Source of the DNA: an uncultured Gemmatimonadaceae bacterium
GTDB lineage: Bacteria > Gemmatimonadota > Gemmatimonadetes > Gemmatimonadales > Gemmatimonadaceae
Assembly (NCBI GenBank): GCA_963790305.1
Contig: CAWBOC010000009.1
Coordinates: 64,001-128,000 of the forward strand
Length of the DNA stretch: 64,000 nt
Direction: 5' to 3'
Shown here: piece after piece, positions 24,038 through 36,683 of the stretch
Layout of the letters: each line of letters begins with the position of its first letter
Position numbering within the stretch: the stretch's first letter is position 1
Program-made: the position numbers and the translations under genes
Notes under the pieces: model-generated
Seen by the model: only the letters and a program-made list of their open reading frames with translations
Told to the model about the DNA's origin: nothing
Databases searched by the model: none

Positions 24038-24640
24038 TTAGCGGGCTTTGCGCGGACGGGCGCTGATGATCAGCGCCTCGAAGGCGTCGCGTGCACGACG
24101 TCCAGCCTCGGGGTCGCGCAGCAGACGCCGCGCGTGATGGTAGCCGAGGAGGATCGAGTGAAGCTGGAACGCGAACAGGTAGGGGTCGACGTCGCCGCGA
24201 AAATGACGCTCCTCGATCGCGATGCGCACCGCGCGCGCGAGCGTGTCGGTCCACAGCCGTTGGGCATCGACCAGCGCATCACGGGCGGCACCAGGCTGGT
24301 CGTCCAGCTCCACCGCAGCCGCCGTGAGGAGGCACCCGCCGGGGGCGGACTGGTGATCGGCCCAATCGATCCAGTGCGTGAACAACGCACGAAGGCGGGG
24401 CTCGCCACGGTCGGCGCGAAGCGCCGGGGTGAAGACGCTCTCTCGAAATTTCGCCGTCGCGAGCTCGAGCACGTCGAGCTGCAACCCTTCCTTGGATCCG
24501 AAGTGCGCGAACAGCCCGCTCTTCGACATCCCGTTCCGATCGGCGAGCCGTCCGATCGACAGGCCCGTCAGCCCTTCGGTGCTCGCGAGCTCGAGCGCCG
24601 ACTCCAGGATGCGTTCGCGCGTCGCTTCGCCTTTGCGCAT
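24038..24640 (-). CDS. TetR/AcrR family regulator
   Basis: TRERILESA..GLSIGRLA..GMSKSGLFAHFGSKE helix-turn-helix. Confidence 0.95.
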   Translation of the reverse strand: MRKGEATRERILESALELASTEGLTGLSIGRLADRNGMSKSGLFAHFGSKEGLQLDVLELATAKFRESVFTPALRADRGEPRLRALFTHWIDWADHQSAPGGCLLTAAAVELDDQPGAARDALVDAQRLWTDTLARAVRIAIEERHFRGDVDPYLFAFQLHSILLGYHHARRLLRDPEAGRRARDAFEALIISARPRKAR

Positions 24641-24646
24641 GGCGAA

Positions 24647-24675
24647 CGATGCGAACGATCGTGCTTTTCTGTCAA
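24647..24675 (-). promoter_or_regulatory. tetR promoter (-35 TTGACA) with overlapping palindromic operator
   Basis: Minus strand reads TTGACA gAAAAGCACGATCGTTCGCATCG ttcgcc ATG; palindromic core ACGATCGT. Confidence 0.65.
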
Positions 24676-24679
24676 GGGC

Positions 24680-25495
24680 TCATGCGCCCCACTGCCGCCC
24701 GTTCCCCGCACCACCCGCGACTTCGAGAGCGTGCGAGCTGGGGGCCTTGGACTCGTGCATGCCGAACTGGCGACGGAAGCGCTGCTGCACGACTTCGTAG
24801 CACTCGCAGGCCGCCGCTTCAAGTCCCGGGCGATTCTGGATGACGACGCGGCCATACAGGTAGCGAATGAGCTTCGCCCGCTGCAGCTCCCCGGCGGCGA
24901 CCGTCACGCTCGCCCGGCGGACGCCCAGCATCATGGCGAGGAACTGATGCGTGAGAGCAAACTCGTCGGCATGCGCGCGGTCGTGCGTCATGAGCAGCCA
25001 TCGCGCGCAGCGCTGGACCGTGGTGTGCCGCCGGTTGCACGCCACCGACTGCGCGGTCTGCTCGAGCAGGGTGTGGGAGTAGCGCAGGGTCAGCAGGCGG
25101 AGCGCGGCGTCGTCCTCGACGATCTCGCTGAATATTCTCGCGCTGATGCGAAGCGCCTCCCCCGGAATCTGCGCCAGCACCAGCATGGGGCTTCGCTCGG
25201 CGCCGAGCACGGTGCTCATGCCGAGGAGCCCTTCGTTCCCGACCGTGGCGGCTTCCACCGGCGCGCGCTGCTTGAGAACGACGAGCAGCGAGAGCACACA
25301 CCGTCGCGGAAAGTAGACGAAGTCGATGGGATCATCGACGTTCCACACGACGTGTTTCTTTGGGAGGTGAATGCTCTCGAGGTACGCCCGGATGCGGTAG
25401 TACGAGGACGCGGGCAGCATTCGGAGAAACCGATTCTCCTCGGTGTCCTGGTCGTACGCGAGAACGAGAGGAGCCGTGCGTGCGCCATTGGGCAT
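24680..25495 (-). CDS. Crp/Fnr family regulator (start uncertain)
   Basis: VYFP, TVGNEG, QSVACNRRH..QRCARWLL, LTHQFLAMMLGVRRASVT, ACECY. Confidence 0.92.
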   Translation of the reverse strand: MPNGARTAPLVLAYDQDTEENRFLRMLPASSYYRIRAYLESIHLPKKHVVWNVDDPIDFVYFPRRCVLSLLVVLKQRAPVEAATVGNEGLLGMSTVLGAERSPMLVLAQIPGEALRISARIFSEIVEDDAALRLLTLRYSHTLLEQTAQSVACNRRHTTVQRCARWLLMTHDRAHADEFALTHQFLAMMLGVRRASVTVAAGELQRAKLIRYLYGRVVIQNRPGLEAAACECYEVVQQRFRRQFGMHESKAPSSHALEVAGGAGNGRQWGA

Positions 25496-25673
25496 AGGAC
25501 TCAACTGCTCGATCTGGTGAACGAGATGCATCAGTGGCAGGGGCGCGCGGGCGTGCCGCCGAGTCCCAGCGACCGAGCGAACCGATATGGCTCCATGAGC
25601 CATTCGCCGCTATTTGCGGAAAGCGTACCACGGTCGCCGACAGGCGAACAATTGGTGGCACGAAGGGACGAAC

Positions 25674-25704
25674 AAAAAAAAGGCGCACCCCGCAGGGTGC
25701 GCCC
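25674..25704 (-). terminator. Intrinsic terminator
   Basis: Minus strand GGGCGCACCC-tgcg-GGGTGCGCC followed by T8. Confidence 0.85.
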
Positions 25705-25722
25705 ACCGTACACTCGGCTGCC

Positions 25723-25950
25723 TTACGCGCCGGGGCTCTTGTAGATCTCCTCGAGCACCGCTTCATCGCTGCGTGCCTCGGCCGACGGCAGCTCGATGTA
25801 GACGACGTTGCCCGACGGCGGGGTGCAGGCCAGCCGCATGCGGCCGCGCAGGTCCGGATAATTCGAACCCCCGCTTGGCCGCCAGGCGAGGAAGCCAACC
25901 TTCCAGTTTTGGCCCCGCTCGTCTCGCACGACTCGGTCAATTTCCTTCAT
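25723..25950 (-). CDS. Small hypothetical protein (75 aa)
   Basis: GAGGAAG RBS, ATG start, own terminator immediately downstream. Confidence 0.6.
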   Translation of the reverse strand: MKEIDRVVRDERGQNWKVGFLAWRPSGGSNYPDLRGRMRLACTPPSGNVVYIELPSAEARSDEAVLEEIYKSPGA

Positions 25951-26152
25951 GGCTTCCTCGCAAGCGCTCTAGTGGATGATGCCATTGCCCGCTTCTGCGG
26001 CATTCGTGCCTGGCGGAAGATAACCAAATCACCACCGCATCACCGGAGTTGTGTAGGGGCGGGGCGCTCGATAGGCAGCCACACCAAGCCCGCCCGAAAG
26101 CCCATTCGGAAAGACTCGAGCCAACCACCGAACAGTGATTGGCTCGTTCGAA

Positions 26153-26226
26153 TAGCAGGGGCGGGACTCGAACCCGCGACCCCGGCATTATGAGTGCCGT
26201 GCTCTAACCAGCTGAGCTACCCTGCC
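26153..26226 (-). tRNA. tRNA-Met (CAT), elongator type; CCA not encoded
   Basis: GGCAGGG TA GCTC AGCTGGTTA GAGC A CGGCA CTCATAA TGCCG GGGTC GCGGG TTCGAGT CCCGC CCCTGCT A. Confidence 0.93.
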
Positions 26227-26270
26227 AGAAACCTGAAACGGCCGGCCCTTTTAGGACCGGCCGTCTGCAA

Positions 26271-26344
<74 letters not shown>

Positions 26345-26355
26345 ATAGTGACCGA

Positions 26356-26384
26356 AAAGTAGTCCGTGCAGGGGGCTTGGTCAA
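26356..26384 (-). promoter_or_regulatory. Sigma70-type promoter for the tRNA pair
   Basis: TTGACC-17 nt-TACTTT, ending 11 nt before tRNA-fMet. Confidence 0.7.
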
Positions 26385-26387
26385 GGC

Positions 26388-26453
26388 GAATGCGAAAAGC
26401 GGAATGCGGAACCAGATGCAGTAAAAACCTTCCGCATTCCGCCTTCCGCATTC
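26388..26453. repeat. Heptamer-armed palindrome (GAATGCG family)
   Basis: GAATGCG AAAAGCG GAATGCG GAA-18 nt-TTC CGCATTC CGCCTTC CGCATTC; 4 bp past the ftsB stop. Confidence 0.9.
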
Positions 26454-26457
26454 CGTC

Positions 26458-26756
26458 TCAAGGCTCCGTAAACCGATACAAAAGCTCCTTCTCCCCCTTC
26501 ACCATCCCGAATTCCTCGCGCGCGATCCGCTCCTGCGTCGCCGCGTCGGTGCGAACCGCACGCTTGCGCCGCTCCAGCGAATCCACCAGCCGTGTCAACG
26601 AATCGATGCGCGATTGCAACCGCTCGCGACGCGTTCGCTGCCTCACGAGGTCGGACGTCCCGTATTCCCCGCCCTGCACCGCGAACACGACGATCCCCAG
26701 CACCACGGCGGCCAGCACGATGCGCTTCGCGCGAGTCTTCGCGACGCTCTTCACCA

Positions 26757-26757
<1 letters not shown>
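26458..26757 (-). CDS. ftsB: Septum formation initiator FtsB/DivIC
   Basis: TM, coiled coil, ERIAREEFGMVKGEKE; follows eno. Confidence 0.88.
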
Positions 26758-28836
<2,079 letters not shown>

Positions 28837-28837
<1 letters not shown>

Positions 28838-29775
28838 TATCGCGAAAAATGATCGTAGCCCGTGGGCGATGCAACGCGCTCGCCGCCGATCAACAGGTCG
28901 ACGCCGGCGTCACCCTGCTCCACCGTACCAATGCGCGTCAGCGGAAGCGCGAACTCGCGTTGAAAAGCGCCCGCGTCCAGCGGCGAGCGCGTCGTCACGA
29001 GCAGCTCGTACTCTTCGCCGCTCCGTTGGGCGATCGAGACGTCGGCGCCGGAAACTCGGGGGAGCGCGTCCGAATCGATCGAGATGCGGACGCCGCTCGC
29101 AGCGGCGAGATGCGCCGCATCGCCACCGAGGCCGTCGGAGATGTCGATTCCCGCCGTCGCGCCGGCGGACGCCAGCCACTGCGCCTCACGGATCCGCGGC
29201 ACCGGGCGAGCGAACCGCGCCCGCGCCTCCGGTGTCGGCTGGCGTCCCTCGCTCCAGGCGGCGATCGCGAGCGCAGGCCCGCCGAGCTGGCCGGTTATCC
29301 AGACAGAGTCTCCGGGCTGCGCACCGACGCGTCGCAGCGGCGTGGCAGCGCTCCCCACGACGGTCACGGTGATCGCGAGACGGTCGCCGCGCGTCAGGTC
29401 TCCACCCACGATCGGCGTACCCGCTGCCGACGCCGATTGGCCGATCCCCTCCGCCAACTCCCCCAGGTCGTCGAGCCAGCGATCGGACAGGGTGAGCGCG
29501 ATGAGGATGCCTAACGGCCGGGCCGCCATCGCCGCGAGGTCGCTCAGCCCCGCCGCGGTGGCGCGCCACCCAATCTCCTCCGGCGAGAGCCATTCGCGGC
29601 GAAAGTGCACGTCCTCGAGCGAAGCGTCGGTGCTCAGCACCAGCTGCTCGCCGCTGGGTACGGCAAGCACTGTGGCGTCGTCGCCGATCCCGCGCGCGCG
29701 ATCCCCCCACCGCGACATCATGACCCGAACGAGGTCGAACTCACGCCCGGGGCCGAGTGACGTCTCGTCGCTCAT
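28837..29775 (-). CDS. thiL: Thiamine-monophosphate kinase
   Basis: GIGDDA, LSDLAAM, VGGD, IDISDGL, GEEYEL, GYDHF. Confidence 0.95.
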
Positions 29776-31358
29776 GGCGGCATCCCATCGGAGCGACGCC
29801 GGATGCGTACGAGCCCGTCGCGAGTACCGATCCAGGCCACGTCGCGCGCCAGCGCGACGCTCGTCGCAGCGGCCGGCAGGCCCATCCCGACCGAAAGCAC
29901 CGTTGAACGCCCACTGGCGCGATGAATCGCGAGTGCCCCTCCCTCGCCCACGAGCCAGAGGGTCTGGCCATCCATCGCCAGGCGCGCAATCCGACGGATC
30001 GCCGCCACGTTTACCGCGCGCGGAGGGAGCACACGCCGCGTGCTGAGGTCGATCTCGATCAGCTCCGTGTCCGTCGCGACGGCGAGCACGGTATCGGTCC
30101 GGGCAAGCGCGACAATCCCGCGCGACAGGCGAGCGTCATCGATCGCCAGACGGCGCGGTGCGCTGTCGGGCGAGGCAAGCGCCAGGACCCCCGCGCCCGA
30201 TGCGATCCAGAGGGTGTCGGTCCAGAGCGCGAGATCATTGACCGCTATTCGCGGCCCGATGCCGCGTGCCGAGCGCTCGACCAACGCGAGCCCGGCCGTT
30301 GTGCCAACCCAAGCGCCGCCGGTGTGAGGGGCGACGCTGGTGACGACGTCCGACGGGAGGCCATCGCCGAGGTCCCACCGGCTGACATCGTTGTCGTCCT
30401 CCAGGTTCATGCGCAGCAGCCCGCCTGTCGTCCCGATCCATGCACTTCGCTCGCGGATGGCAAGCGCGTTGACCCGAGCTCCCATGAGCGGCCGCGACGG
30501 AGGGCCGCTGAGCCAGCGCCACCGCTGGAGATCGTTGGACGCGAAGACGAGGCCCGCGCGTGTGACGGGCGAGCCGAGCCCGGCACACCAGACGCCGTCG
30601 GCGGCGAGCGCCACGGCTCCAACGCCGGGCTCCAACAGACCGAAGGGAAGATGCTCCGCCTGATTGAAGGTGGGATCGACACGAAACAGCCCATTCCCGC
30701 GCGTGCCTAACCAGACTTCACTGCGACCGGGCGCGAGGGTCGCGGCGCTGGCTTGCCACTGTTCAACATTGTCGTCGCGGGTGAGCAAGGGAAGGAACGT
30801 CTCGAGCGACGGATACTGGCGAAACACGTCCCGCCCAGTCGGCGAGTGGAGACGGTCCTCCGGCCCCGGCAAAGCGCCAACTGGTATCGCACCTCCAGTG
30901 CGCGAGATGCGGACGACCGAAGACGCCGGCGCGCACGTAGGCACCGGCGCTGAGATCGCGCCGATCGAAGAAGATCTCCTGCGGAGTTCCCGAGACCGTC
31001 GCCGTCACCGCATAGTCCAGTCGCGGGCGATAATAGATGACCCGCCCGGTCGCGCCCACCCATACGGCATCCTCGGTGGGATCGACGGCGAGCGCTGTAG
31101 GCGAGCGCCGAAAGGTGTCGTCCATCTCCATCGGCGGAAGCCAGGCGCGAAAGAGCGCGTCGTAAATGATGACCCCGCGCGTCGACGCCGCGAACACGAG
31201 GCGCTCGCTGGCGGTGACGTGCGTGATCTCGTTATGCGCGCCAATGGTGACCTGCTCTTCACGACGGGCCGTCGTGAGCGCGGAGCGTCCTTCGGTCGCC
31301 CGCACCGCCTGCGCATCCGGTCGAGCGCCACGAGACTCGCGAGAACCCAGGCCCTCAT
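29772..31358 (-). CDS. Exported beta-propeller-type hypothetical protein (frameshifted)
   Basis: Repeated WxGTxxGL blades and DGLPSD in ORF 29772-30944; earlier blades in the 30763-31593 frame; ATG at 31358 overlaps the nnr stop. Confidence 0.65.
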
Positions 31359-32908
31359 GATTCTGCGACCGCTGGAAGCTCCAGGATCGCTGGATAGGAG
31401 GGCGGTGGCGGCGAGAAGTTCCAGGCGAGCTCGAGGCCCTCGAGTACTCTCGACAACGGAACCCCTCGCGGTGCCCGCCCGCGCGTCGCAACCTCGCCCG
31501 CCCGGCCATGGACCCACGCGGCGCACGCACCGGCGGCGAGGGGATCTGGCATTCGCGAAAGCAGCGACGCGGTAATTCCCGCCAACAGGTCACCGCTACC
31601 CGCCGCCGCGAGCGCCGGCGTTCCCGTTGCGCTCACCATCGTTCGGCCACCGGGCGCGGTGATGATCGTCGGAACTCCCTTCAGCACAACGGTTGCGTGC
31701 GTCATGGCGGCGAGGCGCTCGGCTGCCTCGTACCGGTCGCGTGCGACCGTCGCGTTGTCCTGATCGAGCAGACGCGCAGCCTCGGCGAGATGCGGCGTCA
31801 CCACTGCAGGACGGCCCTTGCACAGGCTGCCTAACGTCTTGCCCTCACCGGCGAAGACGTTCAGACCGTCAGCATCGACCACCACCGGTCCGCGCCATTC
31901 CCGCAGCAGGTCACGCGCAAGGGCGTGCGTTTCATCGGTGGCGCCGAGCCCTGGTCCGAGCAGCACGACGTGCGCCCAGGATGTGAGCGTCGCGTGAGTC
32001 GCGGCCCGTCCGTCATCGTCGACCGGCCACGCGTGGGCGAGCGCGTGCGGCTCGGCGCCCTGCACGATCGGAAGTGCCGCACGAGGCACGATGAGCCGAA
32101 CGAGTCCGATACCGCTTCGCATGGCCGCACGTGCAGCAAGCACCGCGGCCCCCGTCATGCCTCCACCGCCGCCGACGATCGCGAGACGCCCGCGAACGCC
32201 CTTGTGCGCGTCGGCGGCGATCACGGGAACCGCGTCGCGCACCCAGTGCTCGCGGACCAGCTCCGGCAACCCCTCGGCGCCCTCGCCAAGCCCAATGTCG
32301 AGCACGACGATCGTCCCGGTGTGCGCGCGTGCGGCGAGGAGTCCTCGCTTGACGGCCGCGAGGGTCAGCGTGAGATCGGCGTGGACGGCGACAGTGGCTT
32401 CGCCGGTATCGGCATCGACTCCGCTGGGCACGTCGAGCGCGACGATGGTGGCGCCTCGTTCGCGACCACGGGCCAGCTCTTCGATGGCAGCCGCAACATC
32501 ACCGCGGGGAGCACCGCGCGATCCTGTGCCGAGCAGGGCGTCGACGAGGATGCGTTCACGTCCCGTCGCCTCTTCCGCGACGATCCCGCCCGCGAGGGCG
32601 CGCTCGGCCTGGGCGTCTTCAGTTTTGGAGCGCGCCGCTTCGGTGATCGCGACGCGAATCCCTGCGGTCGCGAGAGCCCGCGCCAGCACCCATCCGTCGC
32701 CGCCGTTGTTCCCCGCCCCGGTGAAGATCTGCACACCTTCGCCGAGAAGGTGGGGGAGTCGCCGTACGATCTCCGTGGCCGCTGCGGCGCCGGCACGCTG
32801 CATCAACGCTCGCGATGGAATCCCCGAAGCCGCGGCATCACTGTCGAGCGCGGCAGCATCCGCGGCGCGGAGTACGCGGGCTGCCCGGAGGGCACCCCCG
32901 TGTGTCAC
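31355..32908 (-). CDS. nnr: Bifunctional NAD(P)HX epimerase/dehydratase
   Basis: LMQRAG, GNNGGDG, DALLGTG, DVPSG, HKG, GPGLG, DADG, TPH, GSGDLLAG. Confidence 0.94.
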   Translation of the reverse strand: MTHGGALRAARVLRAADAAALDSDAAASGIPSRALMQRAGAAAATEIVRRLPHLLGEGVQIFTGAGNNGGDGWVLARALATAGIRVAITEAARSKTEDAQAERALAGGIVAEEATGRERILVDALLGTGSRGAPRGDVAAAIEELARGRERGATIVALDVPSGVDADTGEATVAVHADLTLTLAAVKRGLLAARAHTGTIVVLDIGLGEGAEGLPELVREHWVRDAVPVIAADAHKGVRGRLAIVGGGGGMTGAAVLAARAAMRSGIGLVRLIVPRAALPIVQGAEPHALAHAWPVDDDGRAATHATLTSWAHVVLLGPGLGATDETHALARDLLREWRGPVVVDADGLNVFAGEGKTLGSLCKGRPAVVTPHLAEAARLLDQDNATVARDRYEAAERLAAMTHATVVLKGVPTIITAPGGRTMVSATGTPALAAAGSGDLLAGITASLLSRMPDPLAAGACAAWVHGRAGEVATRGRAPRGVPLSRVLEGLELAWNFSPPPPSYPAILELPAVAES

Positions 32909-33735
32909 GTCCCGATGAGCGCCGCCGCGTATCCGACGACGCGGTCGTGATTGCCGTTGATGAGACCGGAGTGCGAATACCCGACGACTTCAGCGCGCGT
33001 GTGACCCGCGCGTCGCGCGACTTCGAGGGCGCACGCGACCGGCACGCGGCCGCACATCGAGATGTGGCGAGCTCGCGTGACTTCGAGTAACCCCTCGCCA
33101 TCGAGGGCGACGATCCGCTCGAGCGCTGCTGCATCCTTGTCGGTCGACGCAGCCGCCGGCTCGTAGTGATTCATGTCGCTGCTCGCGACGAGGAGCACAT
33201 CGTCCCGCCCACTGATCAGGTCGTGGATCACGTGAGCGAGCCGGCGTGTTCGCTCCCAGTCGTCCCAGCCGAGCACGAGGGGCACGACGCGCACCGCTTG
33301 ATTGCGCATCTGGAGAAACGGCAGCAACACCTCCACGCCATGCTCCTCGGCGTGCGCGAGCGGATCCTCGATCAGGAGCGGGTGAGCCCGCTTCTGAAGC
33401 TCGGCCCCCAGCTCGACATCGGGCTCGATGTTCCCGAGCGGCGTGCGATAGGCCGTGTCGATGAGCAGGCTTCCACCCTGCCGGGTGCGACCCCTGCCGG
33501 TATGGTTAGGCGCCAGGATGAGGCACGTCGCGGGCACTTCCACGGCGGCGAATGCCGCGCCGGCGGTCGCGCCCGAGTACATGTAGCCACCGTGAGGCAC
33601 GAGAATCCCCAGCGCGCGTTTCGGCGGTGCCGTTCCCTGATCCAGAAAGCCCCGAATGTCGGCGCGAAGCCGACCGGGCAACGCCGGGTAAAACGTGCCG
33701 GACACGGCAGGCGTGCGCGACGGCAATACGATCAT
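32905..33735 (-). CDS. MEMO1-like AmmeMemoRadiSam system protein B
   Basis: PAVSGTFYP, PHGGYMYSG, PNHTG, EHGVEV..PFLQ, SSDMNHY, SMCG, VVGY. Confidence 0.9.
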   Translation of the reverse strand: MIVLPSRTPAVSGTFYPALPGRLRADIRGFLDQGTAPPKRALGILVPHGGYMYSGATAGAAFAAVEVPATCLILAPNHTGRGRTRQGGSLLIDTAYRTPLGNIEPDVELGAELQKRAHPLLIEDPLAHAEEHGVEVLLPFLQMRNQAVRVVPLVLGWDDWERTRRLAHVIHDLISGRDDVLLVASSDMNHYEPAAASTDKDAAALERIVALDGEGLLEVTRARHISMCGRVPVACALEVARRAGHTRAEVVGYSHSGLINGNHDRVVGYAAALIGT

Positions 33736-33810
33736 GCGGCGCGCCCGGGTGGAGATGAACGATGCGGCGACCCGGGAGGGTCGCCGCTCACATGCACACC
33801 CACCGCACCG

Positions 33811-34005
33811 TCACTTGTGTGAGTGGGCGATGACTCGGCCAAAGCTGATTTCACCGTTGTCGATCCGGAGATTGAACCCGCAGTCCGGGTTGCTGCACGC
33901 CCATGCCTTGTAGGTGATTGGCGCGCCGTCGCGACCGTAGTCGCTGAGTGGAAGCAAGGTGCCGTCGGTACACTTCCGGCATTTCGGCAGCTCCTTCACG
34001 TCCAT
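33811..34005 (-). CDS. Small zinc-ribbon protein (64 aa)
   Basis: GAGGAGGGGAG RBS; CRKC...CSNPDC. Confidence 0.75.
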   Translation of the reverse strand: MDVKELPKCRKCTDGTLLPLSDYGRDGAPITYKAWACSNPDCGFNLRIDNGEISFGRVIAHSHK

Positions 34006-34038
34006 GCTCCCCTCCTCACCCGTTGTCCGCTTACGTGA

Positions 34039-34425
34039 TCACACCGCCGGGACGCTGCCCCATGGATGGTGCTGTTCGAACGCCTCGTCGAACTGAAAGA
34101 CGCCGACGAAGTCATCGCGCGTATCGGTTGGTTGGCTGATCAGAAGGCCGAGGTCGACCAGCGTGAAGACAATGTCACCGAGGTCGGCCGTGGTGCGGAC
34201 CGACCAGTGGTCCAGGACCACCGGCGCCATCACGCCGTACCGCTCCAGCGCGAGATCGCGGCATGCTTCGACGAGCTCGCGACCGGAGATGTGCCGGCGC
34301 TCGGGAAGCCGTAGCTGCGAATACTCGAGGGCCGCGAGCACGAACAGGTATGCGCGCTCGTGGAAGCGCGGATCCCGCGCGCGAATTCGGTCCATGATCC
34401 CCTCTCGAAAGGCCAACTCCGCCAC
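34039..34425 (-). CDS. Minf_1886-like conserved protein
   Basis: DPRFHERAYLFVLAAL, RHISGREL, VLDHWSVRTTADLGDIVFTLV. Confidence 0.8.
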   Translation of the reverse strand: MAELAFREGIMDRIRARDPRFHERAYLFVLAALEYSQLRLPERRHISGRELVEACRDLALERYGVMAPVVLDHWSVRTTADLGDIVFTLVDLGLLISQPTDTRDDFVGVFQFDEAFEQHHPWGSVPAV

Positions 34426-34511
34426 GTCCTACTCCTCGCGTGAAACGAGCCTGCGGTCATCTCCGAGTTCCGGGCTAAGATGACGAGCGGCCCCGAATCG
34501 CACAAGGAAGG

Positions 34512-34910
34512 TCACAGGCGCAACACCCGGTCGGGCGGGGTTGCTGCCTTACGCAACGTGATGCGAAGCAGCCCGCGCTCGTACCGGGCGCGCGTCTCGT
34601 CGGCGACGACCGGGCCGGGGAGCGACACCGCCCGTTGAAACGGGCCGATACGGACCTCGCCCAGGTGATAGCGCCGCTTGCCTTGCGAGTGCTCGGGGCG
34701 CGAGCCGCTGATCGTGAGCGTCCTGCCTTCGACCGCGATGTCGAAGGCCCGATCGTCAGCGCCGGCCACATCCATGACGACGATGTACTCGTCGTGCGTC
34801 TCCATCACGTCGACGAGGGGAGAGAATGGCGCAGCGGGGAGAAACCCGATCTGCGCGTCGTTCGGCCGCGTGCCGCCGGAGGTCGGGGTCGTGCGGCGTC
34901 GTGGCGTCAC
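34512..34910 (-). CDS. Hsp20/alpha-crystallin family protein
   Basis: [42 protein letters not shown] overlaps the glyA stop. Confidence 0.85.
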   Translation of the reverse strand: MTPRRRTTPTSGGTRPNDAQIGFLPAAPFSPLVDVMETHDEYIVVMDVAGADDRAFDIAVEGRTLTISGSRPEHSQGKRRYHLGEVRIGPFQRAVSLPGPVVADETRARYERGLLRITLRKAATPPDRVLRL

Positions 34911-36200
34911 CGGGCGGGCATCCCCGCGACAGCACGATACAACGGGAAGCCAGCGGCCAGCTCGCGCACACGCCGCTTCGCGCGCTCGGCGACGCTGGCA
35001 TCGGTTGGTGCGCGCAGCACCTCGTCGATCAGCGTAGCAATCGTGCGCATTTCCCCCTCGCCCATTCCGCGCGTGGTGACCGCCGGAGTTCCGATGCGGA
35101 TCCCGCTCGTAACGAATGGCGACTGCGTCTCCCCGGGGACCGTGTTCTTGTTCACGGTGATGTGCGCTTCGCCGAGCGCGCGCTCGGCGTCCTTCCCCGT
35201 CAACCCGCGGTTGCGCAGGTCCACCAGCATGAGAATGGTTGTCGGTCCCATCCGACACGAGCTTGAAGCCACGCTCCATCAGCGCTCCCGCGAGCGCTCG
35301 AGCATTCCCGACCACGCGACGCGCATACTCGGTGAAAGACGGCTCCATCGCCTCACGAAGCGCCACGGCTTTCGCCGCTATCACGTGCATCAGCGGGCCG
35401 CCCTGAATCCCGGGGAATATTTGCTTGTCGATCGCCTTCCCATGCTCCGCGCGGCACAGGATGAGGCCGCCGCGTGGACCGCGTAACGTCTTGTGCGTCG
35501 TCGTGGTCACGGCATCCGCGTGCGGCACCGGAGACGGGTGAAGGCCGGTCGCGACCAGACCGGCAATGTGGGCCATGTCGACCATGAGCTTGGCGCCGAC
35601 GGTGCGGGCGATCTCGCCGAACGCCGCGAAGTCGATCGTGCGGGCGTATGCGCTCGCGCCGGCAACGATCATCGCGGGGCGATGCTGCCGCGCGAGGTCA
35701 CGAAGCGCATCGTAATCGATATGGCCGGTATCTTCGCGCACGCCGTACGGCACGACGCGAAAGAATCGCCCGGAGAAGTTCACCGGAGACCCGTGCGTCA
35801 GGTGGCCGCCGTGCGAGAGGTTCATACCGAGGATGGTCGCGCCGGGATCGAGGAACGCGAAATAGACCGCCATGTTCGCCTGCGCACCGGAGTGCGCTTG
35901 CACGTTGGCGTGATCGGCCCCGAAGAGCTTCTTGGCGCGGTCGATCGCCAGCTGCTCGGCGACGTCGACGAATTCGCACCCGCCATAGTACCGCTTTCCC
36001 GGGTAGCCTTCGGCGTACTTGTTGGTCAACGGCGTGCCCATCGCCGCGAGCACGGCCGGGGAGACGAAGTTCTCACTGGCGATGAGCTCGATCCCCTCTT
36101 CCTGGCGGCGCGTCTCGGCGAGCACGGCCTCGGCGATCTCGGGATCGGCGGCGCGCAAGGCATCGAGATCGGCATCCCACGTCCAGTCCGTACCACTCAT
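34907..36200 (-). CDS. glyA: Serine hydroxymethyltransferase (indel near 35235)
   Basis: [28 protein letters not shown], then NKNTVP and SGIRIGT in the second frame. Confidence 0.97.
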
Positions 36201-36664
36201 CGGGCGTCTCCGTGTACCTCGATCTTGTCGACACGTCGCGCGTGGCGGCCTCCTTCGAACGACGTGTCGAGAAACCGCTTCACGATGTCCATCGCCTGAT
36301 CCTCGGTGAGGAACCGGGCGGGCAGCACCAGCATGTTCGCGTCGTTATGCTTGCGCGACAGCTCGGCGATCTCCGGTGACCATACCACCGGTGCTCGCAC
36401 GTTCGGATACCGGTTCGCGACGTACGACATGCCGAGCCCCGTTCCGCAGAGAAGGATGCCCCGCTCCGGCTTCGCCGCGCGAGACGCGCTGCGCGAGCGG
36501 ATGCGCCTAGTCGGGATAGTCGGTGGCGGCGGCGCTATCGGTGCCGAGATCCTCGACGTCATAGCCCGAGCGAGCGCAGACACCGGAACGAGGCGCTGCT
36601 TGAGCTCGTAGCCCGCGTGGTCACTGGCGATCGGAATCTTCTTAGGCGCCACGATGGTCCTCAT
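36197..36664 (-). CDS. rpiB: Ribose-5-phosphate isomerase B (internal compensating indels)
   Basis: [27 protein letters not shown]. Confidence 0.92.
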   Translation of the reverse strand: MRTIVAPKKIPIASDHAGYELKQRLVPVSALARAMTSRISAPIAPPPPTIPTRRIRSRSASRAAKPERGILLCGTGLGMSYVANRYPNVRAPVVWSPEIAELSRKHNDANMLVLPARFLTEDQAMDIVKRFLDTSFEGGRHARRVDKIEVHGDAR

Positions 36665-36683
36665 GGTGACAGACTGCAGAGTC

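Noticed and set aside
23828..25744. 638-aa plus-strand ORF
   Set aside because: Antisense to the well-supported TetR and Crp genes, with no recognisable motifs.
11200..26153. tRNA-anchored genomic island or prophage
   Set aside because: No integrase or phage genes and no convincing duplicate of the tRNA 3' end; the resemblance near 26054-26072 is weak.
34512..36200. Apparent GlyA-Hsp20 fusion (562-aa ORF)
   Set aside because: Caused by an indel near 35235; the true GlyA C-terminus is in another frame and ends at 34907.
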